The notes below the pieces were generated by a model. The model was given only the letters and a program-made list of their open reading frames with translations, was not told where the DNA came from and searched no databases. Source: Leucoraja ocellata (taxonomy: Eukaryota). Taken from it: a DNA stretch of 64,000 nucleotides. The stretch lies in the NCBI GenBank assembly GCA_036785375.1, contig JAWMAR010000252.1, forward strand, positions 186,001-250,000, in the 5' to 3' direction. Below are positions 12,380-25,854 of the stretch, piece by piece. Position numbers and translations under genes: made by a program. Position 1 is the stretch's first letter, and each line of letters begins with the position of its first letter.

Positions 12380-13334
12380 ATAGTTTGACTGGATATCCCA
12401 ATGTAAATAATATCAGCACATGATAGAATGAAGATTCCCAAAGTGGCCACGAGGTGGTGCTAACAGCGAACCTTTCAACAAATTGCTCACGAAGAGTAGA
12501 AAATCTTAAGATGGCCATCACATTAGAGTCTGCTCTAGAAATAGACTGACAATTTATATCTGTTAAACAGTTCCAGCAAACATCAATTCTGATGGCCAAT
12601 GTCTTGTGTCCCAAGGGCACTATTTTCCTGTGTGGCAGCTCACTTTAATTTTTAAATGAAGTACACAAAGCTACAAAACTTTGGGAAATTGGGCAGTCCT
12701 ATTGGTAGATGTGCACCTTGCTCTGGTTTCCTTTAAGTAGTGCTGGATTGGAGATTTATTTTTAATGCTGAAACTGGAGGAGCAGGAAAATCCCATGGCA
12801 ATTTGTTTGCCATTGACATCCCAGCTCCCCTCCACCACCTGCTGGCACCCACCTGTGGGCCACTGCCGGTCCACAACATAGTTCTTCAGTTAGGTGGCAG
12901 CGTTGTGGAGCGTTCGCTGTTACTAAGACCAGGCCCAGGTCTAATTGCTTTTGTTCCTTGAGCTTTTGTCTCTGGGCACAGTTAATGCCTGATAACATTT
13001 AGAAGAATCTCCAGCTGAAATGCTCACAAGAACACAAACATGTAAAGCCACAGGATCCTAAAGCACGGAAACAGGCCCCTCGACTCATCATCTATGCAAA
13101 CCAAGATGCCTCAGCTAAGATTGTCCTATTTGCTCTTGTTTGGTTCATAAACCCCTAACCCTTTCCTATACATGTACCTGACCTAATGCCTTTTTAAATA
13201 TTACGATTGCACCTGACTCAACTACTTTCTTTGGCATATATCCACCTATGTAACAAAAGTAGCCCCTCAGGTTCCTATTAACCCTCTACCCTAGGAAAAA
13301 GAGTCTGTGAATTAGAAATATTGAGGAAACAAGC

Positions 13335-13598
13335 ACTATAGCCCACCGAGTCCACGTCGACCAGCGATCACCCCGTACACTAACACTATCCTACACAATT
13401 TTACAATTTATCGAGGCCAATTAACCTACAAACCTGTACATCTTTGGAGTGTGGAAGGAAACCGGAGCACCTGGTGAAAACCCACGCGGTCACAGGGAGA
13501 ATGTACAAACTCTGTACAGTTAGCACCTCTAATGAGGATTGAACCCGGGTCTCTGGCACTGTGAGGCAACAACTTTGCCATAGTGCCATTGTGCCGCC
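13335..13598 (-). mobile_element. HE1/V-SINE-like SINE
   Basis: Reverse complement of the SINE at 4723. Confidence 0.8.
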
Positions 13599-13970
13599 CA
13601 AAGTCATTCACCCGTGCCAATCGAGGTTTAACAGCATGTTTAGGAAACCATCATTGATCGAGCACTGGGCCTTCTACAATGAGCAGGATGTTTACATTGC
13701 AGTCACTGGTGACATCAAATCATTTCAAAAGTAAGTGTTATTTGAACTCATGGGCAGGTTTGAATGGATCACAGCTGCCTTGGAACTAGTCTAGGTTATG
13801 TGCCAATATTGAGGTCGGGACCAAATTCACAATTTCCTGTTATAGATCGGAGAATGTTACCTGAACCCTGGCTGACATTATGCAGTATATTACATTCACC
13901 AAAGGAAACATTAAGAGTATTTAATTACTCAAACGTGGAAGATTGAAATAGTTCTTTGGCTCACACTTAC

Positions 13971-14150
13971 CCTCACATCCTTCAACATTGGCAGCATTCA
14001 GGCCAAAATACCCAGAACGACAATGATCACATCTTCTTCCTTCTACATTTCTTTTACAAATGCAATGGCCGGCAACTGTACGAAGATGCAGATCTGTGTG
14101 ACCTTCACACATCCCATTGTTCACCGAGCCTTCAGGATCACAGTTGCAGG
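13971..14150 (-). CDS. LAMB4: Laminin beta-4 exon, LE3
   Basis: 180 bp, TAG/GTAAGT. CNCDPEGSVNNGMC...GHCICKRNVEGRRCDHCRSGYFGL...GCE. Confidence 0.95.
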
Positions 14151-14507
14151 CTATGGAGCAAAGAATATGCACCAGACTGATGTGTTTGTAGGCACATACA
14201 AAATCGCTTTGCCCTCCTTCAGACAGCAGCAGGCAGCATTTAGTACCTTTAAGGTTATTTTGAGTATCTTTAAGGTTATTATTGCTGCAGTTATACTGGT
14301 TATCTCTAAAGTGTCTTGATAATCTAATTAACACCCTTGGCAATGTTTTTTGTGGGGGAAATAATGTCCCTCAATTTTCTTCCCCGTAGAGTGCTTTCAC
14401 TTTCACACACATAAGCTCTAATGCTTTTGCTTAATTCATCTCTTTTCACATAGCATCATGTACAGTGAGAATTTATTTGAAATGTAATAGAAATAAAGCA
14501 AACTTAC

Positions 14508-14696
14508 GGACACACGTATATGGGTCAGAAATTGTTCTTCCATGGTCCTGATGGAAGAAGGGCCTGCACTGGTCACAGTTTTGACCCATTGTATTGTGTT
14601 GACAATCCTCACAGACCCCACCACTTACACTTCCACTGGCCAAGTATACAGCTATGTCAAAATGACATCTTTCCGAATGTCCATTGCAGTTACATC
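14508..14696 (-). CDS. LAMB4: Laminin beta-4 exon, LE2
   Basis: 189 bp, [52 protein letters not shown]...DPYTCV. Confidence 0.95.
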
Positions 14697-16435
14697 CTGA
14701 AAAAGGAATGGCAAAATGAAATGATTTGGACAAGTGAAATGAGAACAATGAAGTAGAACGATGCATTTGGTGATGAAGTTACATTCAAATAATTGCATGA
14801 ATAACCTTTCTATGTAAAAACAATTAAATGTATAGTAGTAACAAATCTCATTTGTGCACCTGAAGATAAACATCTTAGAAGTTTCCACATAATTGAGTGC
14901 ATTGTTGTGCCTTTGAAAAGTTTACACAAGTATAATTAATAATATTTTTAATACAATACTTTTTTGATTAAAAATAGATCCAGATTTTGTAGGATATAAC
15001 AAAATGCCAGCAGTGCCTGCTGCTGACGCCAAAGAAGATGGCCCCACAATGATGGTGATTTTGTGAAGCTATCTTGAATGAATTTAGTTCTGTTAATAAC
15101 AAAAGGCAGCTTTATCAATGTCATGTACATCATTCAACAACTGAGCAGCCAGTGAGTGCGTGTCTTCAGCATTGTTAATGCAACACAAAATGGTGCAAAT
15201 GTCAGTCACACAGCTGCTGTGAGGCCAAACTGAGAAGAACACTGCGTAGAAACAAGGGTGTCAATGTTTACAGGGAGAAGGTAGGAGAATGGGGTTGAAA
15301 GGGAAAGATAGATCAGCCATGATTGAATGGCAGTGCAGCGTGGATGGGTCGAATGGCCTAATTCTGCTCTGATGTCTAATGGTCGTATGAACAATCGCAC
15401 TGAAGCCAGCAAACCAGGAAGCAATAGGCAGGATGCATCATAACCTTTCTATAATTTAATTGAAAGAATAAATACTGGGTCATGATCTTGGAATTAAGTT
15501 AGAGATAAACTTTCCTAAACAAAAAAAAAGCACAAATTTTAATTAAAAAATCAAGATGTTTTAAATCATAGAATTGAGAAACCTAACTTCATAAAAGATA
15601 AATTTTTCAGATTTCTGCAGTAATTTTGTCTCATTATGCCACTAAATCCACAGTTATATTTCACTTAAGAAAACTTTTCTAGAGCTTTTTACACTGAACG
15701 TTGTACCAAATTCTCCATGATGCAGGATGTGACAGCCAGCAACTTCTCGGTTGCTACAGTTTACTGCACATGACACAAAGTCACTGGCAGCTTCACAGTG
15801 TAATTGCCTGAATTCAGTTTGGCTATTCATTAAAGCTGGACACTCTGGGGCATTACTCCTTAAAAATTGTCAGGTTGCATTAGGCATAGAATCATTCAAC
15901 ATGTAAACAGACCCTGCGGCCTTATTTGCCCACACTGACCAACATGTCCCATCTACACAAGTCCCACCTGCCTGAGTTTGGCCCATATCCTTCTAAACCT
16001 GTCCTATCTGTGTGCCTGGTTAAATCTTTCTTAAACTTTACGATAGTACCTGCCTCAACTACATCCTCCGGCAGCTTGTTCTATACACCCACTACCCTTT
16101 GTGTGAAAATGTTACCCCCCCCCCCCCCCCCCCGCCAGGTTCCTATTAAATCTTTTCCCCCTCACCTTAAACCAAATTCTTGAAATAATCTCCTTTGGCA
16201 AAATGCAAACTAAATTGGGCAGAAACTTGAACAAATAGACAATGAGTTGCTTTTAAATTTTCACTCATTGAATGTTCAGATTAAAACAGCAATCCTTGGT
16301 CTTTGCATTGATCTAACAGAACATGTCAGCACCATTATAATTTAAAAACAATCCAGTAAAGTTTAAAAGCTGAATCTTTAGGATTTAAGTGACAAGTTAA
16401 ACAAATTGAAAAAAAAAAGATCGTACAGTCCTTAC

Positions 16436-16556
16436 TTTTACATTCATTTGCCTCTGTTCCTCTAGCTGGTTGCCATGGTGAATCGTTGAACAAGTCCTTA
16501 CACCTCTCGCAGTTTATACCTTCTGTATTGTGCTGACAGACGCATTTTCCCTGAAC
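16436..16556 (-). CDS. LAMB4: Laminin beta-4 exon, LE1
   Basis: 121 bp, CAG/GTAAG. VQGKCVCQHNTEGINCERCKDLFNDSPWQPARGTEANECK. Confidence 0.95.
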
Positions 16557-17344
16557 CTGTAATAGAAACAAACTTCAATATTTGTGACCTGGGTAAACAT
16601 TGCTACATCGTGTGTGGCTGAGACTTTGTTGAAACAGAAGTCCCCAGAAAGAAAAAAATAGTGAATACAGCCACATGTCAAATTCAAAATCCACCCCTAA
16701 AACTCCTTCTGCTCTCTTGGCCTGCTTCAACCTTGCATCCCATTCTATGTCCTTCAGTGTGATTCTGGCCTCCGTCATCTGTCCTCAGTAACAATCTTCT
16801 GCCGCCTTGTGTTTGATCATTCTTGCCCTAATTTTACCTCTTCCCAAGCCCCTCGTTCCTCACTAAGCTTCTCCCTATGAAACATAAAGGATATATCATA
16901 TTCTAAAGATAGACACAGAATGCTGGTCAGGAAGCATCTTGGGAGTAAAGAAATAGGTGACGTTTCTGATCGAGACCCTTCTTCATACCCTTCTATCATA
17001 TTTTATATCTTATACAGTCTAGAGGTAGACTAGTAGAAGACTTTAGATAGACTAGATACACTTTAGATCATCTAGTAGATCACCTGATTTTTCTCAGTAT
17101 ATCCTTTGCACTCAAAGGTAAAAATAAAGGTTGGTAAATTAAACGAGCAACAAATATATTTACTTCATGGAACTATTTTCAAAGCAAGAAGGCATCTATT
17201 CAGTTGCATTGTTTTTGCCAAGCTTCCTCTGGAACCTTCTATCCAAAAACGCTATTCCATCACAGAAGCAGTGTTGTATGAAATTAGTCTTAAAGGGAGT
17301 GGCAGCAATAAAGAAACAATTATTGTCCACAGACTAATATTAGA

Positions 17345-17660
17345 AGCAGCGCAATGGTGCAGCAGGTAGTGCTTCTGTCACATGGGTCCTGTGACTTGAG
17401 TTGATCCTGATTGCCTGTGCTGTGTATGTGTAGATTGCCCATTCTCACTGTGACCGTGTAGGTTTTTCACTGGATTTTTGCACATCCCAAACACGTGCTG
17501 GTTGGCAGGGTTCAATGGCTGCTGTAAAATACCTCTAATGCAAGTGGGTGGTAGGAGATTACAGTGGGTTGATGGGCATGTGAGAGACCACAGGTTACAT
17601 GGAAATAAGTAGAGGAAAGGGACTAATGGAATTGCTCCAACATGGACTCAATGGGCTGAA
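17345..17660 (+). mobile_element. Older V-SINE-like SINE
   Basis: Diverged tRNA head atggtgcagcaggtagtg and core attctcactgtgaccgtgtaggtttt. Confidence 0.6.
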
Positions 17661-18336
17661 TGTCTAGAAAAATATGACAAAATTAAATATGATGCACATG
17701 ATACATGATTGTTTAGCAATTTTACATGTCATTTACTAATCTCAATTACAAAATGATTTCCTTTGTTTTAACATATAATAGGGTATTACTCAACCAAGAA
17801 AGAAGGTTTATGCGAGGCATTCCAGTAATTTTGTGATGTGTTATTTGATATATTTTGTTTGTAACTTATTGGTTTGATCATAGACCGATAAATGTGTCAA
17901 ATTACAGATCCACACTGAACAGAGGATGCCAATTATAACAAGACAAAGATGATTTATGACAATGTTCCATGGTTTAAGCAAAGAGACTGTTTACTTAAGC
18001 AAAGGAATAGTTTTACTTGAAGTAAATCAGTCAAGAGGAAATTTAATAGAAGCGTTCAAAATTGTTGCTCAAGCAGATGGCCAGTAATTACTTTAAGTGT
18101 TTTGGCAGGTTTGGTAAAGAACAGAGATTCAAGCCTATAGTATGAGAAGAAATGGGGGGTGAGGGTGCGTAGATACATTTCCCTTTTTATACTTTTGTTG
18201 CAATCTGAATATACTCCACCAGAGCGAGGTGGTAATGAAAAGGATGGTATCTTTTTAAAGGAAAATAAATACACTTAAAAAGAAAAGTAGTAGCAGAGCA
18301 ACAGGGAAAAAGAATGGGAATGGGGCTACTTGAATA

Positions 18337-18615
18337 CTGACGGTCCCCTACTTACGTAAGGGTTATGTCCTACCGACACTTGTCCATTATATGTTACATA
18401 GATTGGAAACAGAAGTGCTACTGCGCATGCATAAATTTACTGTGTGACGCAGAGACCACATGGGAGCATCCACGAGAACAGCTGACTTGCTTGCGGAAAT
18501 AATAGCTACCAAGACTACTGAGATATGTAATGTAAATAAAGCAGTGACCTTAAAGAATTGCTTATGTAAGTGAGAGTTTACATCAGCCAGCTATTACATA
18601 AGGCAGGGAGTGCCT
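18337..18615. mobile_element. Degenerate Tc1/mariner (Tigger-like) MITE
   Basis: Termini gacggtcccctacttacgtaa / ttacataaggcagggagtgcct form imperfect TIRs. Confidence 0.45.
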
Positions 18616-19059
18616 AACTCCTTTAAAGTGCTGCACTGTATGATGATGTGAGCAGCCTCCTCTTATGCTTCCATGTAAAGTCCTATAGTTATTGTATGTA
18701 GAATGCCCCTACAAAACATTGCAGAGATGGCTGATAGGGCTGTTCTTGTCCTGTTCTATTTGGGCCCTAATATCTCTTCTGCAAACCTTGCAGAGTGTAC
18801 CACTTTACTAGTTCCAGGAGAGACAGGTGTCGTCAACAATTGCTGTTGGAGATGGAATGCGCCATTGGGAATTACAATAAAGACCTTACCCTTGCCAAAG
18901 GATCCACAGAGGTTTAGTTTAGTTTAGTTTAGAGATACAGTACTGAAACAGGCCCTTCGGCCCACCGAGTCCGCATCGACCAGCGATCCCCACACATTAG
19001 GATTAGCATTATCCTACACACACTAGGGCTAAAATTACATTTACAGCAAGCCAAGTACA

Positions 19060-19906
19060 ATAAGTAGGTGTCTGGGCAGCGCGAGCCACGTCGCAGCGGC
19101 CTCTGCAGTCCGTCTGTCTTTTTTTATTTTCTTGTCTCGTTTGAGTGTAGTTTACAGTGGTTTTTTTAACTGGGTATGTGTGGGGGGGGGGGGGGAACTT
19201 TTAAAATATTTCCCCTGTACGGTGGACTCGGCCTTTTCTCTGTCGGGTCTCCGATGTCGTTGGGGCCTAGCACCGTGGAGCAGCCTCCAACCGGAATGGC
19301 TTGGGGCTTCAGTCGCGGAGCCTGCGGACTTACGCACCGTCTCGGACTGGCCGAGTTCGGAGCAGGAGGAGCTGTGGTGGCGCGCTGCTGCGGCCCGACC
19401 CCAGAGATTCGGAGGCTCCAGCCGCCGGCCCGGTGGACGGTGACATCGGGAGCCCCTGGGTCCCTGGTGGGAGACCGCTTGTCGGAGCTTCCACAACGGC
19501 AACTTCTCCCGCCCGAGTTGCGGGGTTGAGGATGACCTGGAGCGGGGCCTTACATCGCCCAGCGCGGCTTTAACGGCTGCGGGACTTACTAGCATGCGCC
19601 GGGGGCTCCAACATCAAGACCCAGAGCGCGGCCTTGCATCGCCCAACGCGGCTTTAATGGCCTCGGGACTTATTTACCACCGCCTGCCGGGGGCTTTGAC
19701 TTTGACATAGAGAGGAGAATGGGGAGAGCAGGGGAGAGATAAGACTTTGCCTTCCATCACAGTGAGGAGGAGATTCGCTGTGATGGATGTTTGTGTAAAT
19801 TGTGTTGTGTCTTGGTTCTTCCTCTTGTTTGTATGACTGCAGAAACTAAATTTCGTTAGAACTTCTGGGTTCAACTGACAACAAATAAAATCTAATCTAA
19901 TCTAAT
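19060..19906 (+). mobile_element. GC-rich non-autonomous retroposon with (AATCT)n tail, nested in a minus-strand SINE (about 18912-19985)
   Basis: Shares the 5' motif ctgcagtccgtctgt and the 3' end gactttgccttccatcacagtgaggagg...aataaa(aatct)n with 51137-52074; host SINE halves flank it. Confidence 0.7.
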
Positions 19907-20063
19907 CAATTAACCTACAAGCCTGTACATCTTTGGAATGAGGGAGGTAACTGAAGATCTTCGAGAAAACCCACACAGGTCATGAATCTATTTATGAATT
20001 TTTAAACATTAGAAGCGACGTTTGAAGTTGTAGCGAGACCACAAACGTTAGTGAGATTCTCAC

Positions 20064-20278
20064 CATTCCTTGTTGGTTGAAAACATCACCCCTTATATTA
20101 TCAACTGGAATACAGTGGCTGGCATGTCCAAAGCAGAAGCAGCTTCCTCGAACAACCATCTCATACAGAGCATAATAATACTTTTCATCCGGTCTAGCTT
20201 GCCTTCGCCGCAAGCGTGTATCACCCAGAGTGTGCAGTTGGGTGAAATTTATCCGCAGATTGGTAAATGATATTTGAG
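20064..20278 (-). CDS. LAMB4: Laminin beta-4 exon, end of LN and start of LE1
   Basis: 215 bp, [27 protein letters not shown]...[23 protein letters not shown]...GM. Confidence 0.95.
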
Positions 20279-20499
20279 CTGAGGAAGACACGAGACAGAA
20301 ATTTAGCTTATGGCAAAGTGTGATGGAAAAACATTAAGGGTGTGAGGACTAGCAACTGCTTGATTAGCACCCCATTGTTAACTATGTATTCAGAGAACCC
20401 ACCGATACACTACTGTTCACCGCCAATGGAATTGGGCAGATGCCGCATGAGAGCACTCACCATTAGGGACGTGAAGCAGGGAATCTTACTCATAGGAGT

Positions 20500-20750
20500 C
20501 CCTGGCTCATGATCGCACATTGCGGAGAAGGAGCATTCAGGTTAGCTATTGTAATGTTGGCTTCTCTTGTCAGATACACGCAGTAGCCCAACCAAAACGG
20601 CAGCAAGGACACACCACGTTCTGAATGACCAAGCTGCCCACCCAAAATCCACCCCCTGCCACACCTGTGGCCAGTCTTCAGAAACCATATTGGTCTCATC
20701 AGCCACCTGGGAACCACAGAACCAGAGTAAAAACAAGTCTTCAGCAAGGA
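20500..20750 (+). mobile_element. RTE-type LINE 3' fragment
   Basis: Frameshifted C-terminal C2H2 remnant CHTCGQ..RNHIGLISHL. Confidence 0.5.
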
Positions 20751-20921
20751 ATTTGATAAAGTTCTGCATACATAGTACACATACATAGTGCACTGAAAAT
20801 GTTATCACGGGTACATAGGGTGATCAAGAAGGCTTTTGGTAAATTGGCCTTCATCAGTCAGGATATTGAGTATAGAAGTTGGAAGGTTATGTTACAGTTG
20901 TACAAGACATTGGTGAGACCA

Positions 20922-21860
20922 ATGACCAATTAAAGTTAGTATGCAGGTGCAGCAAGCAATCAGGAAGGCCAATGGAGTTTTGGCCTTTATTGCTAGGGGG
21001 ATTGAGTATAAAAACACGGAGGTCTTGCTGCAGCTGTACACAGTATTAGGGAGACCACATTTGGAATACTGTGTACAGTTCTGGGGTCCATACTTAAGAA
21101 AGGATGTACTAGCCCTGGAGGCAGTGCAGCGAAGGTTTACAAGATTAATTCCTGCAATGAGGGGATTGACATATGAGGAAAGGTTAAGTAGGCTGGAACT
21201 CTACTCTTTGGAGTTTAGAAGAATGAGAGGCGATCTCATTGAAACATATAAGATCGTGAGGGGCCTTGATCGGGTGGATGCACCGAGGATGTTCCCAATG
21301 ATCGGGGAAACTAGAACTAGGGGACATAGTTGCAGAATAAGGGGGGGCTCTTTTAAAACTGAGATGAGGAAGAACTTCTTCACCCAGAGGGTGGTTAATT
21401 TATGGAATTCACTGCCCCAGGGAGCAGTGGAAGCAGAAACTTTAAATATATTTAAGACTAAAATAGATGGTTTTTTAGCTGCCAAGGGGATAAGGGGCTA
21501 CGGGGAGAGGGCAGGGATATGGACCTAGGTATGGTTAGTATAGTAAGACCTGAGTGATCTCCTGGACAAGTGTCGATCGCCTAGATTGGGGTCGGAGAGG
21601 AATTTCCCGGATTTTTTTCCCGAATTGGACCTGGGTTTTTATCCGGTTTTTTGCCTCCCCCAGGAGATCACGAGGATCTTGGGGTGGAGAGGGGTGATAG
21701 CGGTATAAAGGGGAGGGTAGTGTCTTGTGTTCTGTGTCTTGTGTCTACTGTTTGTGGGTAAGTGTGTCTGTTTAGTGTTCAGCCATGAGCGAATGGCGGT
21801 GCGGGCTCGATGGACCTGGTGGTCTGCTCTCGCACCTACTTTCTATGTTTCTATGTTTCT
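20922..21860 (+). mobile_element. Younger CR1 LINE 3' part (intact 195-aa ORF2 C-terminus) nested in an older CR1 (about 20811-22380)
   Basis: RPHLEYCVQFWGPYLRKD...LYSLEFRRMRGDLIETYKI...FFTQRVVNLWNSLP, (ttctatgt)n tail. The host CR1 resumes at accacactttgag. Confidence 0.9.
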
Positions 21861-22580
21861 ACCACACTTTGAGTAGTGTTCAGTTTTGTTCAACTTGCTA
21901 TCGGAAGGATATTGCTGAACTACAAAGATTGCAGAGAAAATGTATGCATATGTTGCCTGACTTGAGGCCCTGAACTATGGGGAAATTTTGTGGAGGCTAG
22001 GACTTTGTTCCTTGGAACGAAGGAGGCTGAGGGGTGATCTTATAAAGGTGTGTAAGATCATGAGGGGAATTGATAGGGCAAATGCACAGTCTTTTACCCA
22101 GAGTACTGGAATCAACAACCAGAGGACATGAGAGGGGAAGGATTTAATGGAAACATGAGTGGCAAATTTTAACACATAGGTTGGTGGGTAAATGGAATGA
22201 GCTGCCAGAGGAGGGAGTTGAAGCAGGCACTATAACTACAATTAAAAGACATTTGGACAGGTGCATGGGTAGGAACGATTTAGAAGGATATGGGCTAAAC
22301 ACGAGCATGTGGGACTAGTGTAGATGGGGCACGTTGGTCAGTATTGGGATGAAGGGCCTATTTTCATGCTGTATGACACGATGACTCGAAGTCATTATTG
22401 GTCTTGGGCAACTGTCTATGGAGACAATTTATACATCTTGTTTCTGCTCAAGGCACTTGAATTAATCTTAATAAATATATGTCAGATGGCCACCATGAAG
22501 AAAGAATAGTTCAGGTTCATTCTTTGATGTTGCAAGCACTGCAAATATCCGTTTTGTTAAAACACTTGAGAATCGCTTAC

Positions 22581-22644
22581 CTTGTATCTCGGGACTGTAT
22601 GGATTATGGATTTCGAAATGTGGATCCAATGCTTTCAGAACAAT
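22581..22644 (-). CDS. LAMB4: Laminin beta-4 exon, LN domain
   Basis: 64 bp, CAG/GTAAG. IVLKALDPHFEIHNPYSPEIQ. Confidence 0.93.
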
Positions 22645-22937
22645 CTGGAAATGCAACATTCTTTTAAACTAAGGCTTAGTTGCACTGATTTGTACAGTGG
22701 CATTAATTTGTACAAAAGCATTGCAATTATAGGTTAATCATTAAAATATCTGCATGAAAGATTTATGAACAGGGCAGTAAATTCTGAAGTGGCTGTATTA
22801 CATGAATGGGGAATGTTTTGTTTGGAAATCATTCCAAGTGCCAGAAATTACAAGCGACTGGTAAAGATAATTGCAAACTGCACAGGAATAGCTAAGTTAT
22901 CCATGTACCAAAATTGTATCTGTCCATGAATCTGTAA

Positions 22938-23164
22938 AGGGCCTGTCCCACTTTCACGACCTAATTCACGACCTTTTTTACTCGTGGCCATTTTTCATCA
23001 GGCTAGAAAAACGCCCCAACCTACTTGATGCCACGAGTACCTACGACTAGCATCACGACCTACCTACGGCCTCCTACGATTTTGTGACGACCATGCTGTG
23101 AGTATGAGTCAAAGGCAAACCCGGCAGAGGTCGTGAATTAGGTCGTGAAAGTGGGACAGGCCCT
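22938..23164. mobile_element. PIF/Harbinger-type MITE
   Basis: TIR agggcctgtcccactttcacgacctaattcacgacct with a perfect inverted partner; TAA TSD. Confidence 0.88.
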
Positions 23165-23245
23165 TAATAATAACCCATTTGGATAATTATAAAGATGATA
23201 CAAACGGATGAAAACATGGCGAGGAAATTAATTTTGACAGCTTAC

Positions 23246-23434
23246 CTCTCCATCTGTAGAGGGTTCAAGGTCAGAGTATTTTGAATCGCATATTATGTCA
23301 CCCACTCTCTGCGCAGGGGCAGTATTGATGTTTGGGAAGGAGCGCACACAGTCATATGCAAAGTATCGTAGGGCTTTCCATGTATGACCGTAATCTGATG
23401 ATTTCTCCACGAGCATCGCTGCCGGACGAAAAGT
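23246..23434 (-). CDS. LAMB4: Laminin beta-4 exon, LN domain
   Basis: 189 bp, [37 protein letters not shown]...[14 protein letters not shown]. Confidence 0.95.
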
Positions 23435-24169
23435 CTGAGTGATGAAAGAGTAGATGGTCAGAATGTTTCATTGAAATAGAGCAACAGGTCTGTCTATTGA
23501 CTTACTATCCCCATCAACATTTTTCACACGATCTCTGCAGAAGTTGAAATGAATACAGTGGGATTTCAAATTGTCAAATGTTTTTGCAAGGGAATCACTT
23601 TGGGAATGTTGTCCATGACTGATCTTCCTCTGGGATCTCTCCTGGCCTGGCAGTGGGAGGGATGTTGGGTGTTCTGTGCAGCAGGCCACCAAGTGGTGGG
23701 TCATTGAAGTTAGTGCATTGAGACTTAGTGCGGGACTCAGACTCATGAAGGTAATTTTGGCATTTGTGTTGCTATAGGGGAATGCAAAGGGAGAATAGAA
23801 AGCCAAGTTTTTCCCTCCAAAATCATGTTTCATATGGATGAATTACCAGCCAGTAATCTTATTGCCCTGCATTGAATATCAGAATATGGACAACTAAGTT
23901 TTGTTCCTGTGAGTTAATTAGCTTGGTGCTTGGAATGGGTTCTGAGACTTGAATGAAGTGTGAGAAAAGACCAATGGCCACTGATGTTGGGGCACACATG
24001 TTGTAATTCCATGACCACACCCTCAAAATAAAGAGTTTTGCCACACACCAGGGTTAGGGCTAGGTTAGAACTTTGTTTCAAGGTCAACGACAACTTGTTT
24101 TATAACATTACCAATGAACAGCACTTGAGAGAAGCACCAGCAAACAAAGATTACGTATCAAAATAGTGA

Positions 24170-24671
24170 TTTCAGGAGCAGCGACCATGGACTTGGTCAA
24201 GGTAGTACATCTGAAAGGTCGTTCCAGGTGGCCCAGCTGCTGAGAGGACTCTCCCGATGCCGGGGCAACAGCACGCGGTGAGAACAGCCAGGAACATCGG
24301 GCCTCCGTAGAGGCAATAGCGGAGGCCTCAATAGGCCTGACTTTGGGAGAACTGGGGATGGGGACTGGACATTGTGCCTTCCCCCACAGTGGTAACCTTT
24401 GCGGGGGGATGATTTTTGTGTGTAAGTGATTATTTTAGTTTGTGTCCAAGATGGCTGTTGGAAGGGAGAGTGTACGCTGGCGCGGTTTAGCTGCCGCTGC
24501 TCTCTCTTCACATTGTGTTTTTGATTTTTTTTGTCTTTGGATCGAATTCTGTCTTTAATTTGTGTATTGGTGATGTCTTTATTATTTATTTTACTCCGAT
24601 TATATGTTTTTTTACTCTTGTTAAATTCTGTAAGGTGTCCTTGAGACTTTTGAAAGGTGCCCACAAATAAA

Positions 24672-24707
<36 letters not shown>
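24170..24707 (+). mobile_element. Non-autonomous retroposon with L2-like 3' end and (TAT)n tail
   Basis: tgtaaggtgtccttgagacttttgaaaggtgccc..aaataaaa(ttat)n. Confidence 0.6.
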
Positions 24708-25780
24708 CTTAAGAAAGAGAGTCAGGTGCACAGACCTAAGGAGCACATTTGAGTGATGAAGGTGAAAGCAGCAGAAAGCAAGGGTGTCAATAATCAAGCA
24801 ATTTAAAGCAACAGAACACAAGTAGGGCAGAAATCTAGGATTGTAGGGCTGAAAGTGTTTGTAGTTATAGTGTGAGTGAGGTCACTGGGACTCCAAAATC
24901 AGAATAAGCGCATTAAAAGAAAGATATTGGGATTTAGAATTTCTGAGTCAGCAATAAAAATGATATACACAACTAGATAACATACAGACAGCAGATTACA
25001 CATTTACTTAATGTAAATATGTAGGTGCATTGAGGAGGAATTAGATGGAATTGATGTTTTGTTATTTTCATATGGGATATGGGCAATATTGATCAGCCTA
25101 ACGGTTATCACCCATCCCCAATAATCTTTAAAAGCAGGTGGTGAGCTGCATCTAATGAGGCACTTCAACTGTGCATTTGGGTGGGAAGTTCCATTTCAGA
25201 CATGGGTTTCGGCCCGAAACGTTGCCTATCTCCTTCGCTCCATAGATGCTGCTGCACCCGCTGAGTTTCCCCAGCATTTTTGTGTATCTCAGAAATAATC
25301 AAAATTGGCCACAAAATGTAATTTAAATTGGCCCATCATTATCAGAGATGTGGGAAATAGCCACCGCTTTGTGTTGGTATATATTGTTTTATCAATATCA
25401 CTTTCCAAATACTCATAAATACTGTAACCAGTATGTTGCACTAACAATCTGCTTTGTCAAATGAAAGAGCTTACAGTGAAACTCAGAAGCAAACAGCAGA
25501 TTCGAGAGAGATAAACTTTCTGGAAGATTTAGAGAGGAATATGCACAAGGTTACATAATCCATAAATATTACAGATACGAAGAGGGTATTTTATGTCATT
25601 CTGGCACTGTTGACAAATAAATAATTAATACATGGCTGTATTAAAGATAAATAGATGAAGCAGCGTAGAGAAGCATCCTGCCTGATTACATATGAATACA
25701 GGTTTATCAACATAAGGAAAAGCTGCCCTTTCCAATAGCTTAGTAGTTGAGTAGGAATAAACAATGTTTTCAAGTGTTAC

Positions 25781-25854
25781 CTTGAAGGAAAGAATCAGAT
25801 GACTGAATTGAAAAAGTGTCTCCAGGTCCAGCTGGATACTAACATGGTGCACAC
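25781..25854 (-). CDS. LAMB4: Laminin beta-4 exon, LN domain
   Basis: 74 bp, AG/GTAAC. GVHHVSIQLDLETLFQFSHLILSFK. Confidence 0.93.

Noticed and set aside
12671-12874. Weak resemblance to Harbinger transposase (DVNGKQIAM versus IDGKHI)
   Set aside because: Too short and degenerate to support.
19132-19595. Overlapping 90-195 aa ORFs here and at 35236-35679 and 51255-51842
   Set aside because: By-products of GC-rich repeat sequence; low complexity, no domains, no splice context.
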